Shown here piece by piece: positions 9,268-17,430 of a stretch of DNA of 64,000 nucleotides. How positions within the stretch are numbered: the stretch's first letter is position 1; every line of letters starts with the position of its first letter. The notes below the pieces were generated by a model that was not told where the DNA came from, searched no databases, and saw nothing but the letters and a program-made list of their open reading frames with translations. The DNA lies in NCBI GenBank assembly GCA_965216785.1, contig OZ244197.1, forward strand, positions 2,880,001 to 2,944,000. The letters are read 5' to 3'. The translations under genes were made by a program, and so were the position numbers. The DNA comes from Thermodesulfobacteriota bacterium (lineage in GTDB: Bacteria > Desulfobacterota_D > UBA1144 > Nemesobacterales > UBA2774).

Positions 9268-10989
9268 CTAGTAGCTCCCCCTCATCGCCATAGGCTGGAA
9301 TACAAACCATATCCCTAAAATCCCGATCGCGAGTAAAAGCGCATAATGGGCATAATAAAGACTCCTGCCCTTTGCAGCTTCAGATCCGAACAATTTATCG
9401 GAAATGCTAAAAGACCTTATCTTTAAAATTTTTGCCGAATAGTAAAATCCCAAACAGATGGCAATTAACTGCAGAGCCATCATTGTACCGTGCCCGGCAA
9501 GCGGCCCAGGGGTGTAGCCCTTGAGACCCAGCAGGTTCCATCCCCAACCAAACGGATCGTTAAAAAGCGGGAACAGATATGTGACCTCATCCAGTATATG
9601 CATGAGGTTATGACCTATGTGATAACCCAGCACAACCGGCACCAGGGCATAAATCATCATCATGGAAATACCCTTTTTGCCAAACCTGTGCCCGATGAGC
9701 TTTTCAAATAGGTAGAAAACCGCAAACGAGCCGGCGAGTATTGTAGTGAGCAGTATGGAAAAAACGGACAGATAAGAGAGATCGAGCGCCCTGCCTATTC
9801 CCTCCGTCCATTCCACCCAGATGTTAGTCATAGTAAGCCCATGGAAAAAAGTAAGCACCAGTATAACGTAAATAAGAATCGATTCATCCATCCGGTACGT
9901 CGATGTGTTTTGTAAGTCGTATGCAGGAGGACGAAGCTTCAGGGTCAGATTGTCTTTATCGCAAGAGCGGACGCATTCGGTGCAAAGGGTGCAGTAAGTA
10001 TTCTGGCTTAGTTTGAACGGAACTTCAAGCGTGGGGCATGGAGTGGAATAAGTGCCCCCTCTAACACAGTCTATGGTTTTACAGTCTTTACATACCTGCG
10101 CGTCTTTTTGCCTAAGCTCCAAGGGTGAGAATTGAGCGTAAATACCGCTGATACGGCCTATTGGGCATGCGTAGCGGCAAAAAGAGCGTTTTTCAAATAT
10201 CAGTGCCGACAGTACCGCAATAACCACGACAGAAAGCCCGAGCCAGGCGGTCAGATATGAGTTCTGTGTAAGCTCCACACCAAGCTCAAGCCAGGTGAAT
10301 ATGATGAAAAACACAACTGCCAGATATGTATTTCTAAGGAGCTTTGGCCATTTAAGGTTTAGAGTCTGCACTTTTCCCTTAACCCTGTAGAACCAGCCGA
10401 ACTGAAATAGGTTAGAGAAAAAATCCCACGGGCACGCTGCGCAGAATATCTTTCCCCCGAACGCGACGAAAAATATAAGCAGTGTCCACCAAAATAGCCA
10501 CGTAAACGGAGCGGCCAGGTTTGCCCTTGTGCGGCCGAAGAACCCCGTAGCAAGCACAAGGATAAAAAGTAAGGCAGGTATGAGACGGAGTGAGAATGAA
10601 AAATACGGTGACTTAACCGCCTTCTCCAGAAGCGGGAGCCTGAACAAATCGAACCTTTTCTCTGAAACGGGCTTTACGGCTTTTGCGGCAACCCATACGC
10701 CCACAACAACAAAGAACAGGATCGAAAGCCAAGCGCCGGCGGCGCCCCCGTACATTCCGTGGTGGGCTCCGTGGTCCATGTTCATACCGTGCGCAGGCAT
10801 CTGAACCTCGGTATGGGCTGAGCTTTGCATATCGTGGCCCATTTCCCCGTGCCCTTCGTGAGTATCCATATTCATTTCGTGCCCAGAGCCCTGATCCACA
10901 CCCATACTATGATCACTTTCGGGCATCTCATGCTGGATACTTTTATGATCGTCGTGATTCATGTTTTTATCTTGCATCTCATCTGGCAT
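9268..10989 (-). CDS. Membrane 4Fe-4S protein (NapH/CcoG/NosR-superfamily-like) with His/Met-rich N-terminus
   Basis: FCAACP and FCRYACP motifs, CKDCKTIDC and CTLCTECVRSC ferredoxin motifs, many TM helices; 13 His and 13 Met in the first 80 aa. Confidence 0.75.
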   Translation of the reverse strand: MPDEMQDKNMNHDDHKSIQHEMPESDHSMGVDQGSGHEMNMDTHEGHGEMGHDMQSSAHTEVQMPAHGMNMDHGAHHGMYGGAAGAWLSILFFVVVGVWVAAKAVKPVSEKRFDLFRLPLLEKAVKSPYFSFSLRLIPALLFILVLATGFFGRTRANLAAPFTWLFWWTLLIFFVAFGGKIFCAACPWDFFSNLFQFGWFYRVKGKVQTLNLKWPKLLRNTYLAVVFFIIFTWLELGVELTQNSYLTAWLGLSVVVIAVLSALIFEKRSFCRYACPIGRISGIYAQFSPLELRQKDAQVCKDCKTIDCVRGGTYSTPCPTLEVPFKLSQNTYCTLCTECVRSCDKDNLTLKLRPPAYDLQNTSTYRMDESILIYVILVLTFFHGLTMTNIWVEWTEGIGRALDLSYLSVFSILLTTILAGSFAVFYLFEKLIGHRFGKKGISMMMIYALVPVVLGYHIGHNLMHILDEVTYLFPLFNDPFGWGWNLLGLKGYTPGPLAGHGTMMALQLIAICLGFYYSAKILKIRSFSISDKLFGSEAAKGRSLYYAHYALLLAIGILGIWFVFQPMAMRGSY

Positions 10990-10991
10990 GA

Positions 10992-11597
10992 CTAAGCACC
11001 TGCCGTACCCACCTGTTTCCCCGGGGCCTGCTCTTTATTCTTTTGCAGCCTTGAAGTAACGATCTTTAGCATAATTACGACTGCGAAAAACAGGGCGATA
11101 AAGATATATAGCGAGTATTTCTGGAAAAATGTTTGAGTGATCTGAAACGGCATCTCGAGCCTTACGGGAGCACCGTTCTTGTCGGCAAACTCAACATTCA
11201 ACACCAAATCGTCCTGCTCCTTAATTTGCTCCTGTATTACGTAAATGCTTTCCTGCTCGGGTGGGATAAACCCTGTTTTATATACTGTTTTGCCGTGGGA
11301 CAGCACCTCGAAGCTAGCCTCATTTTGAAACACTTTATCTGCCTCGATGTCGTAGATAAATATGTATAGTCTCACATCATCCGAGGATTCGACCTGCTCC
11401 AGATTAAGCCCCTGGAAGTTGTAAACCGTAACGAAGAGCTCATACTCAGGCGTCTCTTTTATAAATTCCAGATAAGGAACCTGGGGATAGTTCTCAAAAT
11501 ACCCGTAATGGGGAAGCCCCTTATAGTGATGGGCTCCCGCACTGATTGCGGGGAGAATGAATATTGCGATTAAAACCATAAATTTAAGCAGTTTCAT
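10992..11597 (-). CDS. Hypothetical exported protein with C-terminal membrane anchor
   Basis: Signal peptide ending AGA, beta-rich domain, C-terminal TM helix; overlaps the napH stop and abuts the next gene. Confidence 0.7.
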   Translation of the reverse strand: MKLLKFMVLIAIFILPAISAGAHHYKGLPHYGYFENYPQVPYLEFIKETPEYELFVTVYNFQGLNLEQVESSDDVRLYIFIYDIEADKVFQNEASFEVLSHGKTVYKTGFIPPEQESIYVIQEQIKEQDDLVLNVEFADKNGAPVRLEMPFQITQTFFQKYSLYIFIALFFAVVIMLKIVTSRLQKNKEQAPGKQVGTAGA

Positions 11598-12582
11598 GTT
11601 GTGCTACTTCCTCTAATTTTTCGTATCCGGGATTTGGCTTTTTATAAAGCGGATTTAAGCCGAGCGCTATGTTTGTCGTAGGGCAGTTATCGACGCATTT
11701 GAGACACAGATGACAGGAGTAGAGATCTCCCTCTTTAGGGAATAGTTCCACCGGGCATACTTTATTGCAAAGAGTGCAGCCGCTCGGGCATTTCGAGGCT
11801 TCGACTCTGAGTTTTACAACACTGAACTTTCCTAGATAGGACAATAAAAACCCGGTCGGACATACGGAGTTGCAAAACTGTCCGGGCACAAGTCCAATGT
11901 CCAGCACTAGTAGCGCGATTATGAAATAAAACCCAACATTGAATGTGGAAAATACAAAATATGAAAACATCTCGTGCGTAAATGAGATATAAGGCAGAAT
12001 GAAGTGCCAGACCCAGGCGCCGAATAGGTAGGAAAGCACCAGCCCTCCCCAAAATACTATCACCCTCGTTTTCCTCTCAAGTCTGACTGACATAAGAGGG
12101 ATACCGACCCTGAGCATTATTGAGCGTATATAACCCGTCACGCCGTACAGCACAGTCATGGGACACAACCATGAACAGAACACCCGTCCGAGCAAAAGCA
12201 CCACAACAAAAGGTATGAGCCCCCCGATCAGGTACTTGAGCGGGAATTTCACAGAGTTTATGAGCTCTGAGATTAACCCAAGCGGGTCTGAGAACGGTAC
12301 GCCCAATATCGTAAAGGCCCAGAGGGAGCCGTTATTGGAAGTTGCCGCCGTCACGGGATCATCCCACATAGAGTAAAACCAATCCAGCGCTGCATAAGTG
12401 CTGCCCATCATAGGACCGTAGCTCAGACCCACTAGATGAGAGTGGTTATAAGAGATTTTGTTGTTAGCGTACCAACTGCTGAGCGGAACAAATATAAAAA
12501 ACAGTAATACGCTTAATAGAATAGCGTATCTTAGATACTGGTATTTAGACCTTTTTATTCTAAGTCTTTTTGATCTTTTCAT
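11584..12582 (-). CDS. napH: NapH-like quinol dehydrogenase membrane subunit (copy 1)
   Basis: SDPLG, GRVFCSWLCP, FCNSVCPTG, CTLCNKVCP, CHLCLKCVDNCP. Start taken at ATG 12582, after the napG stop. Confidence 0.8.
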   Translation of the reverse strand: MKRSKRLRIKRSKYQYLRYAILLSVLLFFIFVPLSSWYANNKISYNHSHLVGLSYGPMMGSTYAALDWFYSMWDDPVTAATSNNGSLWAFTILGVPFSDPLGLISELINSVKFPLKYLIGGLIPFVVVLLLGRVFCSWLCPMTVLYGVTGYIRSIMLRVGIPLMSVRLERKTRVIVFWGGLVLSYLFGAWVWHFILPYISFTHEMFSYFVFSTFNVGFYFIIALLVLDIGLVPGQFCNSVCPTGFLLSYLGKFSVVKLRVEASKCPSGCTLCNKVCPVELFPKEGDLYSCHLCLKCVDNCPTTNIALGLNPLYKKPNPGYEKLEEVAQHETA

Positions 12583-12587
12583 TCCAG

Positions 12588-13160
12588 CTACACCGGACGA
12601 ACGCGTATGGCCTGCGGCATATGTATACACGCCTGCTCACAAAGTCCGCACCCTACGCACTCATCTTCATTCACAATCGGCTGCTCGTACAAGCCAACGC
12701 TAAGAGCCTTGCCAGGAAGCGGACACGCTCTGTAGCAAACACCGCATGTACGCCCGTGATATGAAAAGCAAAGATCCTTGTCAACATAGGCAATGCCCAT
12801 TTTAACTTCTTTTCTCACGACGTCCATATCACGGGAAATCGTCGTCAAAGCTCCGGTCGGGCAAACTTCCGTACAACGCATACAGAGTGTACATCCCTTA
12901 CTTCTGGGAACTACAATGGGCGTGTGTACGTTTTCAAACCCGTACTCAAAACCAGCCATCTGTATACAGTTGTTAGGACAAGCGGTCGCACACTTAAAAC
13001 ACCCTATGCACTGCTCTTTGAACTCAGCTTCCTTAAGAGCCCCTGGAGGTCTCAGGAATCTTATCTTTGCCCTAATCTTATCCCGCGTGGCTATGTAGAA
13101 AACCGGCGTTAGGAAAAATAATGCTGAGATTAGGGCAAAGAAAAACCTTCTTCTGTTCAT
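12588..13160 (-). CDS. napG: NapG/MauM-like periplasmic polyferredoxin (copy 1)
   Basis: MNRRRFF Tat-like leader, LRPPGA, four Fe-S motifs (CIGCFKCATACP, CTLCMRCTEVCP, CFS..CGVCYRACP, CVGCGLCEQAC). Confidence 0.85.
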   Translation of the reverse strand: MNRRRFFFALISALFFLTPVFYIATRDKIRAKIRFLRPPGALKEAEFKEQCIGCFKCATACPNNCIQMAGFEYGFENVHTPIVVPRSKGCTLCMRCTEVCPTGALTTISRDMDVVRKEVKMGIAYVDKDLCFSYHGRTCGVCYRACPLPGKALSVGLYEQPIVNEDECVGCGLCEQACIHMPQAIRVRPV

Positions 13161-13162
13161 TT

Positions 13163-13948
13163 TCAGTCTTGTAAACTTCTAAGGTAAGCCACAATGTTGT
13201 TAATGTCGGTCTCGTCAATGTTGGCAAGACCTCTTCCGTGACCAAAAGGCTTCATAGCCGTTCCGGCACGGCCTACCTGAATTGTTTTCTTGATGTAATC
13301 ATCCGACGCTACATCTAGAAAACCGGGGAGACCAATACCCGGACCCGAACCCCCGTCCGCATAACCCCCGCCGTTAATTCCGTGACAGGACGCGCAGAAG
13401 TTACGAAAAGCTTTTTGCCCTTCCTTAGGGTCACCGTCTATAGTAGCCGTCCAATCAACGTGGTAGTCTCTGAATGTAGCATAATCGTTTTGCCAGGATC
13501 TTATATAAACCACGAGATCATCGACGTTATCAGCTACGTTAGGCATTACCTTGTAACCTATCATCGCCGTTCCCGGCCGCCCGTTTAGGATTGTATCCTT
13601 GATATACGTGTCATTGGCAAGCCCTAAGAAGTCCGGGCTGTTGAGCCTCGGCGCTAGCCCTGCCCTTCCTGCCCCGTCGGGCTGGTGGCACGCAACACAG
13701 ATTTGGTTAAAGAGCACTTTCCCTCTTTCTACCTGCTCCTCATCCAACTCGACTGTTTCGGGATGTGGCTCGGGCATGACATCATCACCTGTTGCCTTGG
13801 CGTGCTCATTTTTAGTTTCCTCTTCAGATACCGACTGCTTGGCCGCATTGGCCTTTGCAACAATATCTGTCGATACATCTGTGCCCCCCTGCTCCCCGCA
13901 GCCAATCAACGCCACGATGGCTATTAGTAGAAGTGTAATATTTTTCAT
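13163..13948 (-). CDS. Lipoprotein diheme class I cytochrome c
   Basis: Lipobox ALIG-C; two CxxCH (CVACH, CASCH), each followed by a GRxGTAM distal-Met motif. Confidence 0.85.
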   Translation of the reverse strand: MKNITLLLIAIVALIGCGEQGGTDVSTDIVAKANAAKQSVSEEETKNEHAKATGDDVMPEPHPETVELDEEQVERGKVLFNQICVACHQPDGAGRAGLAPRLNSPDFLGLANDTYIKDTILNGRPGTAMIGYKVMPNVADNVDDLVVYIRSWQNDYATFRDYHVDWTATIDGDPKEGQKAFRNFCASCHGINGGGYADGGSGPGIGLPGFLDVASDDYIKKTIQVGRAGTAMKPFGHGRGLANIDETDINNIVAYLRSLQD

Positions 13949-13962
13949 CGTCCATTATCTCC

Positions 13963-16701
13963 TTATGATATCTTTTCAATTCTTGCTGCCAGCTTCTTAA
14001 AGTCGACCTGCCCTGAGACCGGATCATACGCTCTGTGGGATACTCCGTTAACTAGCCATTTATTCTTTTCAGGATCGGCTGAGTCCGCAACGGAGAGGTT
14101 CCACGGGCTAAATACATACCCTTTAGGAACCGTATTCCTGGCCGGCTTAACCACTGAATCAAGCCCTATGGATACTCTGCCCTCGTATTCTCCGCGGCGT
14201 GTAATGAGCTTTACCCACTCACCGTCTTTAACTCCAAGCTCCTTAGCGTCATCAGGGTGCATCTCAACATACTGCTCAGGAACCAACTTTCTCGTTGTAC
14301 CAGAGCGTATGGTTTTCGCGGTGTGGAAGTGTTCGTATACAACACCGAGCCCAAGCCAGAAGGGGTACTTATCATCAGGAACATCGCTCCATTTCTTCCC
14401 GAGGTAATCAAAGTCGGGAAGCTCTGGTGTAAGCGCCATGTCGCGCGCCTTCACTAGAAGCTCTTGATTGTCTATCGCGTAGAAATCTTTCTCTACACCC
14501 AACTTCATCAGCTCATCCGTAATCTCCTTACGCTGTGAGTAATCCTGATCGCAGAAATGCATGTGGAGCTTTCCGTCTTTTTGTCTGAACTCCCCGTACG
14601 GTTTGCCGGGCCAATCGCCTTCTTGCCCCATGTATCTGCGTTTGGTTCCGCCGTTCTTAGCAATCTCGGCTGTGGGTGCAGGCCACTGGATTCCCCTAAG
14701 GTCTCTTATTTGATCATAGAGTCCTTTTCCGGTTTCCTTCTCCACTTCGAGCATTCCGGTAAGATCGGCGTCCGTTCCCTTCGAGGCAATTACAAAGTCG
14801 CGGAACACCTCTTCAGGATCATAGAACCCGTTTTCCTTTCTCTGATACGGGAATATCTTCTCACTATCGAGTCCGAGCTTGTCGGCGATGAGTTTTCCTT
14901 TATCTATTACCATGTCCATGTCGGGACGCGTTCCCTTGATTGGGTTTGCGGTACCGTCACAGACAAAGAGCCTTCTTTCCGACTGAATATATATACCGCC
15001 TACCCATTCTCCCCACGTTGCGGCAGGCAAGATCACGTCTGAATAGAGGTTATTAGGAGCATGGCGGTAGATTTCCTGTGACACGGTGAAACACCTCGTA
15101 AGAGCGGGGCGCACCAGATGGTAGCTGTCCGGAAGGTCAATGTGGGTAGCGTAGATTAAAAACATAGCGTGCACGTCGCCTTTTTGAGCGCGCTCCATCA
15201 TACCGATCGCCATACCCTGGTTGTTCTGTGTCGCCACTTTATCGAGCCTCTCCTGAGGTACTCCCCAGAGATCGGCAATTTTATGACGGTGGGCTTCGTC
15301 GTTGATCCCTATATTAAACGGCAGCCTGCCGGTCAGGCCTCCTGTCAGACGCTCACCCATAGCGTTTGGCTGTCCTGTCTGAGAGTGCGCTCCGCAGCCT
15401 GGTCTTCCTATGTTGCCGGTAAGAGCCATAAGGTTCACAAGTCCGACAGTGTTGTTCTGTCCGTGTATGTGCTGGTTGTAGCCGATACCCCAGAATGTGA
15501 GTACTCCGCCTTTGCCGTTCTTCCTACCTTTTACAGAGGCATCCGCCCACAGAGCGGCTATTTTATATATTTCCTCAGCAGGAACCATGGTCATGGGCTC
15601 TACGTCTTTTGGATTAAATTTAGCCTGTACTTTCTCAATATAGTCTTCCCAACCGGTGACGCTCTTCTTTAAGAATTCGTAGTCAACGGCTTCAGGGTGT
15701 TTCTCCAAGATAGCGTAGGCTATTGCGTTATGTATGGAGATGTCACCGTTTATTGTCTGAAAGTGGAAAGAATTACCAGGGTTGATCTCCTCTAACCCCT
15801 GAACAGAACCCGTTCTTCGGGGGTCTACTATTAAGGTGGGGATGTTATTTATTTTTTTATGGTCCGCCACCCTCCAGAAAAGGATCGGATGAGCTCCCCT
15901 CGGGTTATGGCCCCAGAAGGTGATCATGTCGGCCATTTCTATATCGTCGTAACACGTGGCCGGAGTATCCGAGCCGAATGTTTTGAAGTATCCCGTAACG
16001 GCAGAGGTCATGCACATCCTTGCGTTTGCCTCAATCGTATTTGACCCCAGAACTCCCTTCATGAATATATTCTCAAGATACTGCCCTTCAAGAGTCAACT
16101 GGCCCGATCCGTAAAGCCCTACGGAGTTACCCCCTTTTTCTTTTACTATATTAGCGACCTGCTCAGAGATCAGCTCTTCCGCCTCATCCCATGAAGCTTC
16201 CCGGAAGTCGCTTGCTTTAAAGCTGCCCTTTGTTTTTGATACGTGCCCCTTAAGAGGATCTGACATATCTTTTCTGATTAAAGGTTTCGTGAGACGGTCT
16301 ACGTATATCGCTTCCGCCGACGCGAGCCCCTTGATACACTGAAGGCCCTTATTAGTAGGATGGTCTTTGTCGGGAATGACTCCGACGATTTTACCTTTTT
16401 TAACTTGCAGGATAGTGCCGCAGCCGACTCCACAGTAAGGACACGCGGCCAAAAGATCGTTTTTATATTCAGTATTGGTAAGCTCATACTCCTCGGTCTC
16501 CTGAGAATGAGCTATTTTCCCGTTACCGCCGGTAAAGAGACCTAAGGCTGTCGCAGCAGCCCCGACCCCGGCAGATGTTTTTATAAAATTTCTCCGCCCA
16601 ACATCGGCTAGTTCCGAAGCTTCGGGAGCCTCGGTTCGAAGCTCATGTTTCTTAGCCTCGTCAATAGGTAATTTTACTTCTTTTGATTTGTTTCCCTTCA
16701 T
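13963..16701 (-). CDS. Tat-signal Mo-bisPGD oxidoreductase, nitrate reductase family (NapA/NasA/NarB clade)
   Basis: GRRNFIK plus hydrophobic stretch; CPYCGVGCG...CIKG 4Fe-4S; NARMCMTSA (Cys Mo ligand); GQPNAMGER; EHFHT...VEMHPDDA C-terminal domain; SD AAGGAGG. Confidence 0.88.
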   Translation of the reverse strand: MKGNKSKEVKLPIDEAKKHELRTEAPEASELADVGRRNFIKTSAGVGAAATALGLFTGGNGKIAHSQETEEYELTNTEYKNDLLAACPYCGVGCGTILQVKKGKIVGVIPDKDHPTNKGLQCIKGLASAEAIYVDRLTKPLIRKDMSDPLKGHVSKTKGSFKASDFREASWDEAEELISEQVANIVKEKGGNSVGLYGSGQLTLEGQYLENIFMKGVLGSNTIEANARMCMTSAVTGYFKTFGSDTPATCYDDIEMADMITFWGHNPRGAHPILFWRVADHKKINNIPTLIVDPRRTGSVQGLEEINPGNSFHFQTINGDISIHNAIAYAILEKHPEAVDYEFLKKSVTGWEDYIEKVQAKFNPKDVEPMTMVPAEEIYKIAALWADASVKGRKNGKGGVLTFWGIGYNQHIHGQNNTVGLVNLMALTGNIGRPGCGAHSQTGQPNAMGERLTGGLTGRLPFNIGINDEAHRHKIADLWGVPQERLDKVATQNNQGMAIGMMERAQKGDVHAMFLIYATHIDLPDSYHLVRPALTRCFTVSQEIYRHAPNNLYSDVILPAATWGEWVGGIYIQSERRLFVCDGTANPIKGTRPDMDMVIDKGKLIADKLGLDSEKIFPYQRKENGFYDPEEVFRDFVIASKGTDADLTGMLEVEKETGKGLYDQIRDLRGIQWPAPTAEIAKNGGTKRRYMGQEGDWPGKPYGEFRQKDGKLHMHFCDQDYSQRKEITDELMKLGVEKDFYAIDNQELLVKARDMALTPELPDFDYLGKKWSDVPDDKYPFWLGLGVVYEHFHTAKTIRSGTTRKLVPEQYVEMHPDDAKELGVKDGEWVKLITRRGEYEGRVSIGLDSVVKPARNTVPKGYVFSPWNLSVADSADPEKNKWLVNGVSHRAYDPVSGQVDFKKLAARIEKIS

Positions 16702-16750
16702 GGCATTCGGCCTCCTTTGATCTACTCATTTCTGTAGAATATTTAAGCAT

Positions 16751-16772
16751 ATATTTGACTTCTGTCAAATAT
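16751..16772. promoter_or_regulatory. CRP/FNR-family-like operator palindrome
   Basis: ATATTTGAC-TTCT-GTCAAATAT, perfect 9-bp arms with a TTGAC-N4-GTCAA core, between the divergent reductase and Rrf2 genes. Confidence 0.65.
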
Positions 16773-16865
16773 CCTGATATACTTTTAGTGTTTTGTTAAT
16801 ATTAAAGATGACTTACAGATCATCAAGTCTTCTATAGATATTATACCTTAATAAATTCAAATAAA

Positions 16866-17318
16866 ATGTTTAGCAAAAAAGTAGCTTACGCAATAAGGTG
16901 TTTGGTTTATTTATCTAATCAAAACGATCCTGTTTTGATTAGGGAAATTTCCGATGAAACGGGTATGCCGCGTCCGTTTTTAGCTAAGATTGTAAATACT
17001 CTGACCAGGAAAGGTTTTCTCCACTCACAGCGCGGCGTTGGGGGCGGCATATCTCTTTCGAGAAAACCAGAGCTAATAAGCATTTGCGATGTTTGCATCG
17101 CGCTTGATGACCCTTTATTAGATGACCAGTGCATCGTGGGACTGCCCGACTGCTCCGCGGAGAACGCCTGCGCCCTTCACGGCTTTTGGTCGAAACAAAA
17201 ACAGGCGATTATAGAATTTTTGACAATTAACACAATAGCCACGTTAGCAGTCACAAATAAAAAAGCGAAAAAGGATCTTTTAAAAGAGGTAAAACTTCAT
17301 AATGCTATTTCCGAGTAG
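16866..17318 (+). CDS. Rrf2 family transcriptional regulator with putative Fe-S ligands
   Basis: YAIRCLVYL, HTH, SQRGVGGG wing, CIVGLPDCSAENACALH (Cx6Cx5CxxH). Confidence 0.9.
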   Translation: MFSKKVAYAIRCLVYLSNQNDPVLIREISDETGMPRPFLAKIVNTLTRKGFLHSQRGVGGGISLSRKPELISICDVCIALDDPLLDDQCIVGLPDCSAENACALHGFWSKQKQAIIEFLTINTIATLAVTNKKAKKDLLKEVKLHNAISE

Positions 17319-17430
17319 CCGCTTTATGTTTTAAAGTGTTTTAAAGTATAATTTAGCACTCCGAAGTTATCTGCCAAGAAGAATGCCGCAACTAAAGACA
17401 CTAAACTTTTATTATCAGAGGAGGGGCGCC

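Noticed and set aside
13963-16701. Calling the Mo enzyme formate dehydrogenase, arsenite/iodate oxidoreductase or NarG
   Set aside because: The ligand motif is CM, not C/U-H as in Fdh; there is no Rieske partner; size and motifs do not fit NarG.
16698-16706. Out-of-frame ATG-CCA-TGA mini-ORF overlapping the reductase start
   Set aside because: Too close to the SD and likely incidental; no support for a regulatory role.
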